DNA from: Muribaculaceae bacterium
GTDB lineage: Bacteria > Bacteroidota > Bacteroidia > Bacteroidales > Muribaculaceae
DNA length: 64,000 nt
Assembly: GCA_022509105.1 (NCBI GenBank)
Contig: JAFLTV010000004.1
Span: 5,225-69,224, forward strand
Direction: 5' to 3'
The notes beneath the pieces were generated by a model. The model saw nothing but the letters and a program-made list of their open reading frames with translations, was not told the DNA's origin and did no database searches. Shown here one piece after another: positions 45,242 through 55,500 of the stretch. Every line of letters starts with the position of its first letter. Position 1 is the first letter of the stretch. Made by a program: the position numbers and the translations under genes.

Positions 45242-46615
45242 ATGAAGATAAAGATTTTAAAATATAGCCTAATCGCCGCCACAGGTCTTGCCGTCTTTCC
45301 GTTGCTTGGCCAGACTGAAAAAAACATAGTGGATGAAGTGGCATGGGTGGTTGGAGATGAAGCAATTTTCCGTTCCGATATAGAAGAACAATACCAGCAG
45401 ATGCGATCGGAAGGAGCCAGAATAAGCGGTGATCCATATTGTTTTATTCCGGAGCAACTTGCGGTCGAGAAGTTGTATTTGCATCAAGCCAAGATGGACA
45501 CAATCGAAGTGCCTGAATCGAGTGTGAGATCCTCCGTGGAACAAAGGATAAATTATTTTATAACCCAGTTAGGGTCAAAGGAGAAGGTTGAAGAATACTT
45601 CCATAAGTCGCTCCCTGTCTTGCGAGAAAGTTTGGCCGACATGATGCGAAACGGTTCTATAGTTTCCCAAGTGCAGAGAAACCTTACCCAGGATGTAACT
45701 TCAACACCTAATGAAGTAAGGAAATATTTCGATAATCTTCCTAAAGACAGTATTCCTTATGTGCCGATGCAGGTTGAGGCTCAGATAATAACTCTTAACC
45801 CTAATATCCCACGCCAGGAAATTGAAGATGTGAAAGCTCGCCTTCGTGAATATTCTGAGAAAGTGAATAACGGAGAGGCTAATTTTTCGACACTCGCCAG
45901 AATGTATAGTGAAGACGGGAGTGCCATGCAGGGAGGAGAACTCGGTTTCAACGGACGGGCTGCGTGGGTTCCTGAATTTGCCAATGTTGCGTTTAATCTC
46001 AGCGATCCCAAGAAAGTGTCAAGAATTGTAGAGACTGAATACGGCTACCATATTATCCAGCTTATCGAAAAGAGGGGAGATATGGTGAATGTAAGACACA
46101 TATTGTTGACACCGAAAGTGAGCCAGAAAGATCTTGATGATGCAACGAACCGTCTTGATTCCATAAGGAAAGAGATTGTTGCGGGAGCTTTCACTTTCGA
46201 GGAAGCGGCAGGTTTTATCTCTCAGGATAAAGACACCCGAAACAACCGGGGAGTATTAATGAACAGCAACGAATATAGCGACTTATACAGAAGCAGCAAA
46301 TTCGAAATGCAAGACCTTCCGACTGAAATTTCAAAAAGGATAGAAAAGATGAATCCGGGAGATGTCAGCGAGGCATTTATTATGAAAAATAATAACCATA
46401 AGGATGTTGCCGCCATTGTTAAACTCACGGAAAGAATCCCGGGCCATAGAGCTAATCTGTCTGACGATTATAGTCTTATAAAACGAATGTATGAGAATTA
46501 TAAAAAGGAACAGATATTGAAAGAATGGCTTGAAAATAAAATAAAACAGACTTATGTCAGAATCGAACCGGGATGGCAAAACTGTGAATTTAAATATGAA
46601 GGCTGGATAAAATAA
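45242..46615 (+). CDS. surA: SurA-like chaperone/PPIase
   Basis: VDEVAWVVGDEAIFRSD N-domain; FSTLARMYSED...GGELGF...VPEF...YGYHII parvulin domain; VRHIL. Confidence 0.85.
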   Translation: MKIKILKYSLIAATGLAVFPLLGQTEKNIVDEVAWVVGDEAIFRSDIEEQYQQMRSEGARISGDPYCFIPEQLAVEKLYLHQAKMDTIEVPESSVRSSVEQRINYFITQLGSKEKVEEYFHKSLPVLRESLADMMRNGSIVSQVQRNLTQDVTSTPNEVRKYFDNLPKDSIPYVPMQVEAQIITLNPNIPRQEIEDVKARLREYSEKVNNGEANFSTLARMYSEDGSAMQGGELGFNGRAAWVPEFANVAFNLSDPKKVSRIVETEYGYHIIQLIEKRGDMVNVRHILLTPKVSQKDLDDATNRLDSIRKEIVAGAFTFEEAAGFISQDKDTRNNRGVLMNSNEYSDLYRSSKFEMQDLPTEISKRIEKMNPGDVSEAFIMKNNNHKDVAAIVKLTERIPGHRANLSDDYSLIKRMYENYKKEQILKEWLENKIKQTYVRIEPGWQNCEFKYEGWIK

Positions 46616-46703
46616 TCCACCCTGAAATATTCTTCATTTAAGTCAAAGCTGTGTGAGCCCTTTAGCAATCTATTATCAAAACGGGGCAATGTATTTTTGA
46701 TTT

Positions 46704-49322
46704 ATGTTTAATACACCACATAACCAACAGAGAAAGTTTATCGCTTCGGTAATAATCGGAGCGGTAGTGCTTTTTATATTCAATACATTCCAACAGGCCT
46801 ATTCACAGACAAAAAAGAAGAATGAAATCAAGAAAGAAGAATCATTCAACCGTCCGGTAGTGAATAATCCTGTAAAACCGCAAATCCCTTCAGTCAACCG
46901 TTATCAAAGTGATAAAGTTTTCCTTGAATATGCCGACAGTCTGTATAGAATGAGGCCGAGAAATCTTTTTGACACCGTTGAACGTCAGATTTTGATGGGT
47001 AATGTGAAATTCCGTCAGGGAGGAATGTGGATGTATTGTGACTCGGCATACTATTATCCGGAAGACAATTCTCTCGATGCTTTCAGCAATGTCAGGATGG
47101 AGCAGGGCGACACTCTTTTTGTTTATGCTGACAAAGTCTTTTATAACGGTAATTCAAAGATAGCATATCTGAAGAATGGACCGACACGTGACAAAGTTAA
47201 GCTGATAAATAGAAATGTTACTTTGACTTCAGACAGTGTTGACTATGATCTCGCGCAGGATATAGGATGGTATTCCCGCTGGGGGACCATTGATGATAAA
47301 GTCAACACTCTTACATCGCTTTATGGAGAATATTCTCCGAGAACAAAACAGGCTGAATTTTACAATGACGTGGTGCTTGTAAATAAGAAAGACGGTTATA
47401 CCATGCTGACCGACACGCTTCATTACAACACTCAAACCCATATTGCCGACATTGATACCCGCACTGAAATCCGGAGTGAAAACGATACTATAATAACAAC
47501 GAGAGCCCGTTATTATACGGATACTAAAAATGCCGACCTTTTATCCAGATCTCTAATTCTTCACACAGATTCCGCCGGAAATGTGTCGACTTTGGAAGGT
47601 GACAGTATCATATATGATAATACCACCCGTATCAGCCGTGTCTTTATGTTCAGAGACCCCCTCAAAAGAAGCTTCCCTATGGTTTTGACCGACACGGCTC
47701 AAAAAACCACACTTATAGGAGGATATGGTGAATATAACGACCGCACGAAAGAATCTTTAGCAACAATCTATCCTTTGCTTATCGAGTATTCGCAAGGAGA
47801 CTCTATTTTCTTAAGGGCGGATACAATCAAGACATTCACTTATATTGTGAATATCCCGGTCTATAAATTTAATTTAAAAACAAAGTCGGGATATCCTGAG
47901 AGTAATGGGGTCCCAATTGTGATGATCGACACTTTGACTCATCAAATATGGCTTGATACGACATTCTTTGTTGTTAAACCTTTGCTATACAAGGAGATTT
48001 ATAACGAACTGCAGGCTAAAAATTCATCAAGAAATGAAGATGAGATAATATTGACTGACAAGCTCCCTTCGGATTCAATTGGCGATGAAGTTATCTTGAG
48101 TGCTGATTCCATATTTTCTTTGGCTTCTACCGTAGAAGAAGATTCCATACCTTTAGACACCCTTCTTGCACAAGACAGCCTTATTAAAGAGGATGTGCCC
48201 GATAGCATTCCAAAAGAGTTTCATATCGCCTATGCATATCATAGGGGAAGAATTTTCAAGCAAGATTTGCAAGGAGTTGCAGATTCTCTTGTGCTCATTG
48301 AGCAGGATTCAATTCTTTATATGTTCCGCAAACCTATAATATGGAGCGGAGAGAGACAGGTGACCGGCAACCGGATAAATGTCCATTTTAAAGACAGCAC
48401 GGTAGATTGGGCTTTTCTTCCTGAATCGGGTCTAATTTCCGAACTTGTGGATGAAGATTTTTATAATCAGATTACAGGGAAAGAGATTATGGCATATTTT
48501 GAGGGGGAGACGTTGCGCCACATGAATGTGTCGGGCAACGTGGAAACAATATTCCTTCCTCAGGAATCCGATTCCACTTTTAACCGACTGGTGGCTGCAG
48601 AAAGTTCCTATCTTGATGTCTTCCTGAAAGACAATAAGATGGAAAGATTGAAAATGTGGCCGGAAGTTAATGGAACTGTCACTCCGATTTTCTTGATAAA
48701 ACAAAATCAGAAATATCTGCAAAGATTCAGGTGGTGGGGAAAATTAAGACCGCAGAGAGAATGGTATGGCGACCGTTGGCATTGGGTGGATAATCTCGGA
48801 GAAATACCCGACGAGCTTGAACAATATTTCCTTTCGCCCTCCGATTTCGGCGAACCGAAAAGCTTCCCCGGGAAAAGAGGATATTCCGTGCCCTCTCCAA
48901 TGGCCATTGCAATTACTGAAGAGATTTCGGATTCATTGTCAACACCTACCGACATACTCCTTGATGAGAATTCACCGGCTATAGAAGAAACAGAAAAAAC
49001 TTTAACCGGAGAAGGAATCGAGGAAAATATGGAGGAAATGAATGAAGAAAAAGAAAAAGTAGAACAGCAATCGGAAGAAATAGAGGATGAGATTAAAGAA
49101 GCCATCAGGGATGGTGAATTACCTCAAGAAGAACCCATAGAAGAGGATATAGTGAGCAAAGAGGAGTCGGCACTACCTGAAGATTCAGAGATGGAAGACG
49201 ATGATTATGATCAGTCGGATATTTCTGAAGAGGAGGATGAATATGATAATGATGAAGAAACGGAACCAGCTGATTCAGATGAACAAACCATAGTGACACT
49301 TGACGACTTGGAAGATGAGTGA
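46704..49322 (+). CDS. OstA/LptA-like beta-jellyroll protein with internal insert and acidic C-terminal tail
   Basis: L.GNVKFRQ...MYCDSAYY...AFSNVRMEQGDTL OstA-type strands; LQGVADSL and NQITGKEI motifs; D/E-rich last ~130 aa. Confidence 0.82.
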   Translation: MFNTPHNQQRKFIASVIIGAVVLFIFNTFQQAYSQTKKKNEIKKEESFNRPVVNNPVKPQIPSVNRYQSDKVFLEYADSLYRMRPRNLFDTVERQILMGNVKFRQGGMWMYCDSAYYYPEDNSLDAFSNVRMEQGDTLFVYADKVFYNGNSKIAYLKNGPTRDKVKLINRNVTLTSDSVDYDLAQDIGWYSRWGTIDDKVNTLTSLYGEYSPRTKQAEFYNDVVLVNKKDGYTMLTDTLHYNTQTHIADIDTRTEIRSENDTIITTRARYYTDTKNADLLSRSLILHTDSAGNVSTLEGDSIIYDNTTRISRVFMFRDPLKRSFPMVLTDTAQKTTLIGGYGEYNDRTKESLATIYPLLIEYSQGDSIFLRADTIKTFTYIVNIPVYKFNLKTKSGYPESNGVPIVMIDTLTHQIWLDTTFFVVKPLLYKEIYNELQAKNSSRNEDEIILTDKLPSDSIGDEVILSADSIFSLASTVEEDSIPLDTLLAQDSLIKEDVPDSIPKEFHIAYAYHRGRIFKQDLQGVADSLVLIEQDSILYMFRKPIIWSGERQVTGNRINVHFKDSTVDWAFLPESGLISELVDEDFYNQITGKEIMAYFEGETLRHMNVSGNVETIFLPQESDSTFNRLVAAESSYLDVFLKDNKMERLKMWPEVNGTVTPIFLIKQNQKYLQRFRWWGKLRPQREWYGDRWHWVDNLGEIPDELEQYFLSPSDFGEPKSFPGKRGYSVPSPMAIAITEEISDSLSTPTDILLDENSPAIEETEKTLTGEGIEENMEEMNEEKEKVEQQSEEIEDEIKEAIRDGELPQEEPIEEDIVSKEESALPEDSEMEDDDYDQSDISEEEDEYDNDEETEPADSDEQTIVTLDDLEDE

Positions 49323-51174
49323 TGTTATAAAACTATTGCCGGATTCTGTTGCCAATCAGATCGCAGCCGGAGAAGTGATTCAAAGGCCTGCTTCTGTCGT
49401 TAAGGAACTTGTGGAAAATGCAGTAGATGCGGGAGCTACAAGTATCAAGTTATTTATTAAAGATGCGGGACGCACCTTGATTCAGGTTGTTGACAATGGC
49501 AAGGGTATGACTGAGACTGATGCCAGAATGGCATTTGAACGTCATGCTACTTCTAAGATAAGAGAAGCCTCAGATCTTTTCTCACTTCACACCATGGGAT
49601 TCCGTGGAGAAGCACTCCCGTCTATTTGTGCTATCTCACAAGTGGAATTGAAAACCAAGACTCCGGATAAGCCTATTGGGACTCATCTCATCATCAATGG
49701 TTCAAGAGTGGAGCAACAGCAGCCTGTTGTGTGTGATGCAGGCACAAACATTATGGTTAAAAACCTCTTTTTCAATGTGCCGGCACGACGCAAGTTTCTT
49801 AAAAGCGACAATGTGGAGCTTTCCAATATTATGAGGGAGTTCGAACGTCTTGCCCTTGTAAATAATAACATACGGATGAGTATCGACACAGGAGGGCGTC
49901 AGCTTGATTTGCGTGCTGCCACTTTTCATCAAAGAATTATCGATTTATGGAAGAATTCTTTGGATCTTCATCTTGTGCCGATAAATGTCGACACCTCTTT
50001 AATAAAGATATCCGGATATGTCTCAAGGCCGGAATATGCACGCAGAAGAAATCCGTTGCAATATTTGATTGTCAACGGAAGAAATATGCGGCATCCATAT
50101 TTTCATAAGGCTATTTTAAGTTGCTATGAGTCATTGATTGCACCTGACACTCAACCTTGCTATTTCTTAAAGTTTGAGGTAGATCCATCGAGTATCGATG
50201 TGAATATTCATCCCACTAAAAACGAAATAAAATTTGAATACGAGCAAGATATATGGCCGATTCTTCAAGCCTCTGTGAAAGCCGCGTTAGGCAAATCAGG
50301 ATCGGTGCCTTCAATCGATTTCAATATTGACGTGGTGCCGGTTGCCCCGGTAAAACAGGGAGAGAGTCGCCCTCAACCTACGATTGAAATTCCTAAAGAT
50401 TATAATCCTTTCAAAGGGGTTGAGAATCCTATCAACCACGCAAATACTTTCCGGCCCGCGAATCATGATAAATCAAATGCCAAAAATTGGAATAAATTAT
50501 ATTCTGATTTTATAAAGGGGGCTCATGGTTTCGGTGAAGAAACCAAGGCATCCACTGAAAATAGTACCTTAGAAGGATTCGGATCCTTAATGCCTGACGT
50601 GATCTGCCTTCAATATAAAGACCGTTATATTGTGACAAGCGGTCATGACGGTCTACTTATCATAGACCAAAGAAGGGCACATATTCGAATTTTATTTGAT
50701 GAATTCATAGAAAAATTAGAAAGCGGAGAAGTGACTTCGCAAGGAGTTATGTTCCCCGACAGTCTTGAAATCGAACCATCTCTTCACAATGCTTTACAGG
50801 AAGTTTTGCCGGAAATGAACCGTATAGGCTTCAGGATAGAATATGATTCCGACAATAAATGGCTTGTTACCGGAGTGCCCTCGTTTGCAATAAATCTTGA
50901 TGCACGGGATATAATCTTAAGAATGTTGGAAGCTGTTGATGAGACAGGCCTTAACTATGGCAATTCTCATTCCTCTTTAAATCCATTGATGCAAAGACTC
51001 GCCTTGATAATGGCCAGAAGCGCGGCAATCCATTATGATCAGAAATTGACGTCGGAAGAAATGGAACATATTGTTAGCAAATTGTTTTCGGCTCCCGATT
51101 CTTCCTACACTCCCAATGGAAATAAAATATATTATCTTATTGAAGACTCCATTATAAATAACATTCTCCGATAG
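49315..51174 (+). CDS. mutL: DNA mismatch repair protein MutL
   Basis: MSDVIKLLPDSVANQIAAGEVIQRPASVVKELVEN, GFRGEAL, DVNIHPTK and IIDQRRAH; ATG at 49315 overlaps the upstream stop. Confidence 0.97.
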   Translation: MSDVIKLLPDSVANQIAAGEVIQRPASVVKELVENAVDAGATSIKLFIKDAGRTLIQVVDNGKGMTETDARMAFERHATSKIREASDLFSLHTMGFRGEALPSICAISQVELKTKTPDKPIGTHLIINGSRVEQQQPVVCDAGTNIMVKNLFFNVPARRKFLKSDNVELSNIMREFERLALVNNNIRMSIDTGGRQLDLRAATFHQRIIDLWKNSLDLHLVPINVDTSLIKISGYVSRPEYARRRNPLQYLIVNGRNMRHPYFHKAILSCYESLIAPDTQPCYFLKFEVDPSSIDVNIHPTKNEIKFEYEQDIWPILQASVKAALGKSGSVPSIDFNIDVVPVAPVKQGESRPQPTIEIPKDYNPFKGVENPINHANTFRPANHDKSNAKNWNKLYSDFIKGAHGFGEETKASTENSTLEGFGSLMPDVICLQYKDRYIVTSGHDGLLIIDQRRAHIRILFDEFIEKLESGEVTSQGVMFPDSLEIEPSLHNALQEVLPEMNRIGFRIEYDSDNKWLVTGVPSFAINLDARDIILRMLEAVDETGLNYGNSHSSLNPLMQRLALIMARSAAIHYDQKLTSEEMEHIVSKLFSAPDSSYTPNGNKIYYLIEDSIINNILR

Positions 51175-51242
51175 ACAGTAATTTCTTTTTTGAACTATTA
51201 TACTTTTCTTGTTGTTTAAATTTCAGATAATAACTTTTAAAA

Positions 51243-51728
51243 ATGAATGATATGAAAAAGAATTACCTGAAATTATTGTTGGTGAGTTTATTTTTAGTAG
51301 GGGGTCTTTCCTTAACTTCTTGTTCAGATAAGGATGATGAAGAACTTGAACAGACAATAACCATCAGTCAGCTCCCCTCTCAGGCACAAACTTTCCTCAA
51401 CCAATATTTCGCTGATGTGAAAGCAAAATCCATTGAGAAACAATATATAACCACTATTGTGATGTATAAGGTTGAACTTGTCAATGATTTTGAAATAATG
51501 TTTAACAGCGAAGGTGTTTGGCAAGAAGTTGATGCCCCGGATAATAAGACAATACCCACCGGAATAGCTCCTTCTGCAATAGAGGAATATGTGAATTCCA
51601 ATTATCCCGATTATGGCATAAATGAAATCAATAAGACCGGCGAAGGTTATAATGTCGAACTGATTTCAGGCTTGGAAATGGCTTTCAATGAATTGGGTGA
51701 ATTCCTGAGAGTTATTTCAGATTTTTAA
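51243..51728 (+). CDS. PepSY-like (BLIP-like, DUF2874-type) lipoprotein
   Basis: LTSC lipobox; two repeats LP..AQTFL..YF...YKVEL...EI.FN..G.W and IP...P.AI..YV..NYP...YNVEL..G.E..FN..G.F. Confidence 0.85.
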   Translation: MNDMKKNYLKLLLVSLFLVGGLSLTSCSDKDDEELEQTITISQLPSQAQTFLNQYFADVKAKSIEKQYITTIVMYKVELVNDFEIMFNSEGVWQEVDAPDNKTIPTGIAPSAIEEYVNSNYPDYGINEINKTGEGYNVELISGLEMAFNELGEFLRVISDF

Positions 51729-51757
51729 CCGATAAAAGACTTTGACAGCATACATAG

Positions 51758-51796
51758 ATGGCAGGGAGTTTTTATAAATTCCCTGTCATTATTTTA
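51758..51796 (+). terminator. Intrinsic terminator after the PepSY-like gene
   Basis: ATGGCAGGGAGTTT/AAATTCCCTGTCAT stem (G-U pairs) followed by TATTTT. Confidence 0.7.
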
Positions 51797-51901
51797 ATAT
51801 AGGGATTCTCTCTTTAAAGAAATGCATCTTGAGCCTAACAAAAAATTGGCTTATTAGCCCTAATATATAGTTTTAAATTCCTTAGATAGGTGGGATTTTA
51901 T

Positions 51902-51909
51902 TAACTTTG
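51902..51909 (+). promoter_or_regulatory. Sigma-A -7 element (TAACTTTG) upstream of the LysM gene
   Basis: TAnnTTTG match 27 nt before the ATG at 51937. Confidence 0.6.
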
Positions 51910-51936
51910 CATTGGAAATAAACGATATAGAAAACC

Positions 51937-53937
51937 ATGCAAAGAAAATATTTTCGCATAGCAGTTTATGCCTTGGTGGCCTCTATTGCTTCAACCATTG
52001 CAATGGAAGCTCAAAAAAATGTGGATCTACCTACTACAGAAATTCTTGGAAAAAGATATTATATTTACACAACCCAAAAAGGGGAATCACTATATGGAAT
52101 AGCATATAAATTTGGATGGAATATTGAGGAATTGGCCCGGATTAATCCTGAATCAACCCATAATCTAAGAAAGGGCAGGATTCTCTATTATCCCATTGCT
52201 GAAATAAATGATACCATAGAAGTGGCTGATGCGGTAACTCCCCAGCCATTCTATGTTGATCCTGACAATATTGACTTGACTGCCGTTGACTTCGAGCCAA
52301 TTATCCATAAAGTTAAAAAAGGGGAATCCTTATATGGAATTGCCAGACAATACGGTCTTTCATTAGATGAAATCTATGAGGCAAATCCTTCTTCAAAATA
52401 TGGTATAAAGACAGGAGAAGATTTGGTGATTCCTCAATCAGATGCCACTGCCTTCTATTTTTATACTCTTAAGGAAGACGACACTTTATCTGCTCTCTCA
52501 AAAAAATACAACACTTCAATTGAAGATATTTTGAAGGCAAATCCGGGTTTGTCGGAAAATAATTTCAGAGAGGGAGAGACTATAAGGATAAATCCGAATA
52601 CGGCTGAACCTTCAAAGAAATTGGTGACGGAACACCTTTCTGAAGAGAAACTTACAGGAATTTCAGGTTATAAAGTTGAAAAGAACGACACCTGGTCTTC
52701 TATTTCAGAGAAGGTAGGAGTTGATGAACAGACTCTTCGAGACGTGAATCCTGATGCCACAGCGGAATTAAAGAAAAATCAGGTTATACATGTTCCAAAA
52801 GTTGAAACTTTTGAATTTGATCGTTCTTATTTAGTAGAAGATGACACTGAAATTTCATCGGAACGCATTCATGAGATTTATGACTCGATTCATGGGGCTC
52901 TCCCTTCTCAATTGTTGTTGGAGAAAGTGAAGGTGGCCCTGATTCTTGATGATCCTGCTTCTAAGAAAGATATGGATTTTACGAGAGGTTTCCTTATGGC
53001 TCTGCATCATAATAATAAACCCGATTTCAAGATTGATCTGAAGGTGATTGACGGAAGAGTGGCAACTTCTGCGCTCTCAGATTCTATCTCAGATTATGAG
53101 CCGACTCTGATAATATCGACAGCCGATAAGGCCTTCCCTGCATTCCTGGCTGACTACGGCAACACAAACAATGTTACAGTCATAAATGCCTTCGACCTTC
53201 AAAATGATCTTTTTGAAGACAATGCATCTATAATTCAGATGCTCTTGCCCTCAACTTTTTTCTCAGAGCATATTGCGGAATATTTATATAATAAGAACAA
53301 CGACCGCAAATTAGTTGTGGTGGGTGTGGTTGACAAATCTGATGCTATAGGGAATCAGCTCATGGAATATTTTGGAGGAGAGAATACGATAAAAATGACT
53401 CCTGACGATTTTGTAACCTATGTACCTGACAAGAACTCACGTTTATTGATTTATCCCACTGTGACCTCAAAAGAAGATATAACGACTTTTATAACAAATC
53501 TTGAAACTGTGAAAAAAGAGAGTCCTTTCGCAGAAATTGTAGTAGTCGGGCGTCCCCATTGGGCTGCATACTCAACCGACCTTCAAGATAAATTCAAGAG
53601 TCACTACGTCTATGTCCCTGCCCGTTCATGGTTGGATGAATCCACAGATAAATGGAAAAATTTCACGGAACAATACACAACTTTATTTGAAGGAACCCCT
53701 CTGAAGACAATTCCTAATTACGCAGCTTCCGGCTACGACATCGCATCATATTTCCTGCCTGTTATTGCAAGAAACGGCAATGACTTCAATCTTGACATAG
53801 AGATAGCCGATCCTGAATTATTGCAGGCTGACATGAATCTTAAAAGAGTGAATAATTGGGGAGGTCTTATGAATATGACAGGATATATTCTTAAATTTTC
53901 ACCCGTTTATGGCCTAGAAAGGATTGTGATACAATAA
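51937..53937 (+). CDS. LysM x4 peptidoglycan-binding protein with C-terminal periplasmic-binding-protein-like domain
   Basis: Four LysM repeats (YTTQKGESLYGIA, HKVKKGESLYGIA, YTLKEDDTLSALS, YKVEKNDTWSSIS); KVALIL...DFTRGFLMAL and YAASGYD C-terminal domain. Confidence 0.88.
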   Translation: MQRKYFRIAVYALVASIASTIAMEAQKNVDLPTTEILGKRYYIYTTQKGESLYGIAYKFGWNIEELARINPESTHNLRKGRILYYPIAEINDTIEVADAVTPQPFYVDPDNIDLTAVDFEPIIHKVKKGESLYGIARQYGLSLDEIYEANPSSKYGIKTGEDLVIPQSDATAFYFYTLKEDDTLSALSKKYNTSIEDILKANPGLSENNFREGETIRINPNTAEPSKKLVTEHLSEEKLTGISGYKVEKNDTWSSISEKVGVDEQTLRDVNPDATAELKKNQVIHVPKVETFEFDRSYLVEDDTEISSERIHEIYDSIHGALPSQLLLEKVKVALILDDPASKKDMDFTRGFLMALHHNNKPDFKIDLKVIDGRVATSALSDSISDYEPTLIISTADKAFPAFLADYGNTNNVTVINAFDLQNDLFEDNASIIQMLLPSTFFSEHIAEYLYNKNNDRKLVVVGVVDKSDAIGNQLMEYFGGENTIKMTPDDFVTYVPDKNSRLLIYPTVTSKEDITTFITNLETVKKESPFAEIVVVGRPHWAAYSTDLQDKFKSHYVYVPARSWLDESTDKWKNFTEQYTTLFEGTPLKTIPNYAASGYDIASYFLPVIARNGNDFNLDIEIADPELLQADMNLKRVNNWGGLMNMTGYILKFSPVYGLERIVIQ

Positions 53938-53941
53938 AATT

Positions 53942-54652
53942 ATGCAGATTAAACCGCTAATTTACAGTCTCAGGGAAAAAATCACTTTGACGATTTTTAT
54001 GATCGTCTGCTTTTCTGCAGGCATGAATGCCCAGACCCACTATTCTTCCAATGTGGCTATTGGAGGGAAACTGGGCCTTGACTTTTCCAGGATTTTCTTC
54101 AATCCCCACGTGACACAGGGCATGTTGACCGGTACAACTTTTGGTTTTACAGCTCGGTATATTGAGGAAAATCATTTTGGCCTGATAGGTGAGTGTAATT
54201 TTGCACAAAGAGGTTGGACTGAAAATTTTGAAGGCGCTCCATATAAATATAGCCGCACTTTAAATTTTGTCGACATCTGTTTTCTGGCCCATATTTATTT
54301 TGGAGGAAGAGTTAGGTTTTTCTTTAATGCCGGTCCTCAGGCCGGATTATATCTGGGTGAAAAAGTGACTGCAAATTTTAATCCTGAAGAAATGCAACAT
54401 CTTCCGGATTTCCCTAATATAAACAGAATCAATGAGCAGATGCTGCTTCCCGTCAATATGAAGTTTGACTATGGCATTTCTGCTTCATTGGGTTGTGAAT
54501 ATAACTTAAATAAAAGGAATTCTATTTCTCTTGAAGGACGATTCTATTTCGGATTGGCTAATGTCTTTTCAACAAAGCGTGCCGACACTTTCAACGCATC
54601 CAATCAGATGACGGTTTCTGTTTCTGCGGGATATTGGTTCCGTGTCAAATAA
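53942..54652 (+). CDS. Outer-membrane beta-barrel (porin/PorT-like) protein
   Basis: Signal peptide, alternating beta strands, NFAQRGW and FFNAGPQAG motifs, C-terminal AGYWFRVK; overlaps cdsA convergently by 8 nt. Confidence 0.8.
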   Translation: MQIKPLIYSLREKITLTIFMIVCFSAGMNAQTHYSSNVAIGGKLGLDFSRIFFNPHVTQGMLTGTTFGFTARYIEENHFGLIGECNFAQRGWTENFEGAPYKYSRTLNFVDICFLAHIYFGGRVRFFFNAGPQAGLYLGEKVTANFNPEEMQHLPDFPNINRINEQMLLPVNMKFDYGISASLGCEYNLNKRNSISLEGRFYFGLANVFSTKRADTFNASNQMTVSVSAGYWFRVK

Positions 54653-55490
54653 AATCAGCCATAATCGGCATTTCATAATACACTGCTGCAACAAGCAAGA
54701 AAAGAAATACAGCCGGGATAACGAGGAGCAGAGAGTCTATTCTGTCTAAAATGCCTCCATGTCCCGGAATTATATGTCCGGAGTCTTTTATATTAAGGCT
54801 CCGTTTAATTAATGATTCAACCAAGTCTCCCCAGGTAGAGAATAATGTTACGGTTGTAGCGAAGAGCAGCCATGTAATAACATTCCATTTCACATCCCAG
54901 AAATCTCCTCCCCCTATTGCAAACAGCCATCCGGCCAGCAGATTGAAAAGAAGACCACCGAAAAATCCCTCCCATGATTTTTTAGGAGAAATGCGTTCAA
55001 ATAACCTGTGGCGCCCCAATAAAGATCCTACCACAAAGGCTCCGGTGTCGTTAATCCATATCATCAGAAAGATGACAAGAACGAAATGTAAGCCCGTGAA
55101 ACGTGCAATTGTTGTCATGAGAGCCAAAGGTAGGCCTATATAGAGTTGTGACATCAACGACAAGGCAAGACATCGTATAGGCCGTGAGTTTTTAAGGTAT
55201 AATTCGAGAATAAGACGGCAAATGAACACTAAAATCCATCCCAATGCCGGATAGACAAGCCATGAAAAACATAATAAGGAAACTCCGAAACAGTCCATCA
55301 TTAATGATGGCAATGAATTTTCTGATATTCCCTCGCATATTTTTTCAAATTCAATGATTGCAAGGACACCGAAGAGCATGGCCATGAAACTGAAAGGATA
55401 AATGCCCCAGAAGACACAACCCACTATTATTCCGCAATAAATAATGCCTGAAAGGCTTCTTGTCAGCCAGCTCTTGATATTCATAATCAC
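54645..55490 (-). CDS. cdsA: Phosphatidate cytidylyltransferase
   Basis: WINDTGAF, ISPKKSWEG and GDLVESLIKR...KDSGHIIPGHGGILDRIDS motifs. Confidence 0.95.
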   Translation of the reverse strand: MIMNIKSWLTRSLSGIIYCGIIVGCVFWGIYPFSFMAMLFGVLAIIEFEKICEGISENSLPSLMMDCFGVSLLCFSWLVYPALGWILVFICRLILELYLKNSRPIRCLALSLMSQLYIGLPLALMTTIARFTGLHFVLVIFLMIWINDTGAFVVGSLLGRHRLFERISPKKSWEGFFGGLLFNLLAGWLFAIGGGDFWDVKWNVITWLLFATTVTLFSTWGDLVESLIKRSLNIKDSGHIIPGHGGILDRIDSLLLVIPAVFLFLLVAAVYYEMPIMADFI

Positions 55491-55500
55491 CTAATCATTA

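Noticed and set aside
51190-51220. ECF-like promoter (GAACT...TTGTT) before the PepSY-like gene
   Set aside because: The match is too degenerate in an AT-rich spacer to support a call.
52076-52345. Repeated DNA AAAAGGGGAATC..TATATGGAAT
   Set aside because: Explained by the conserved KGESLYGIA motif of two LysM repeats.
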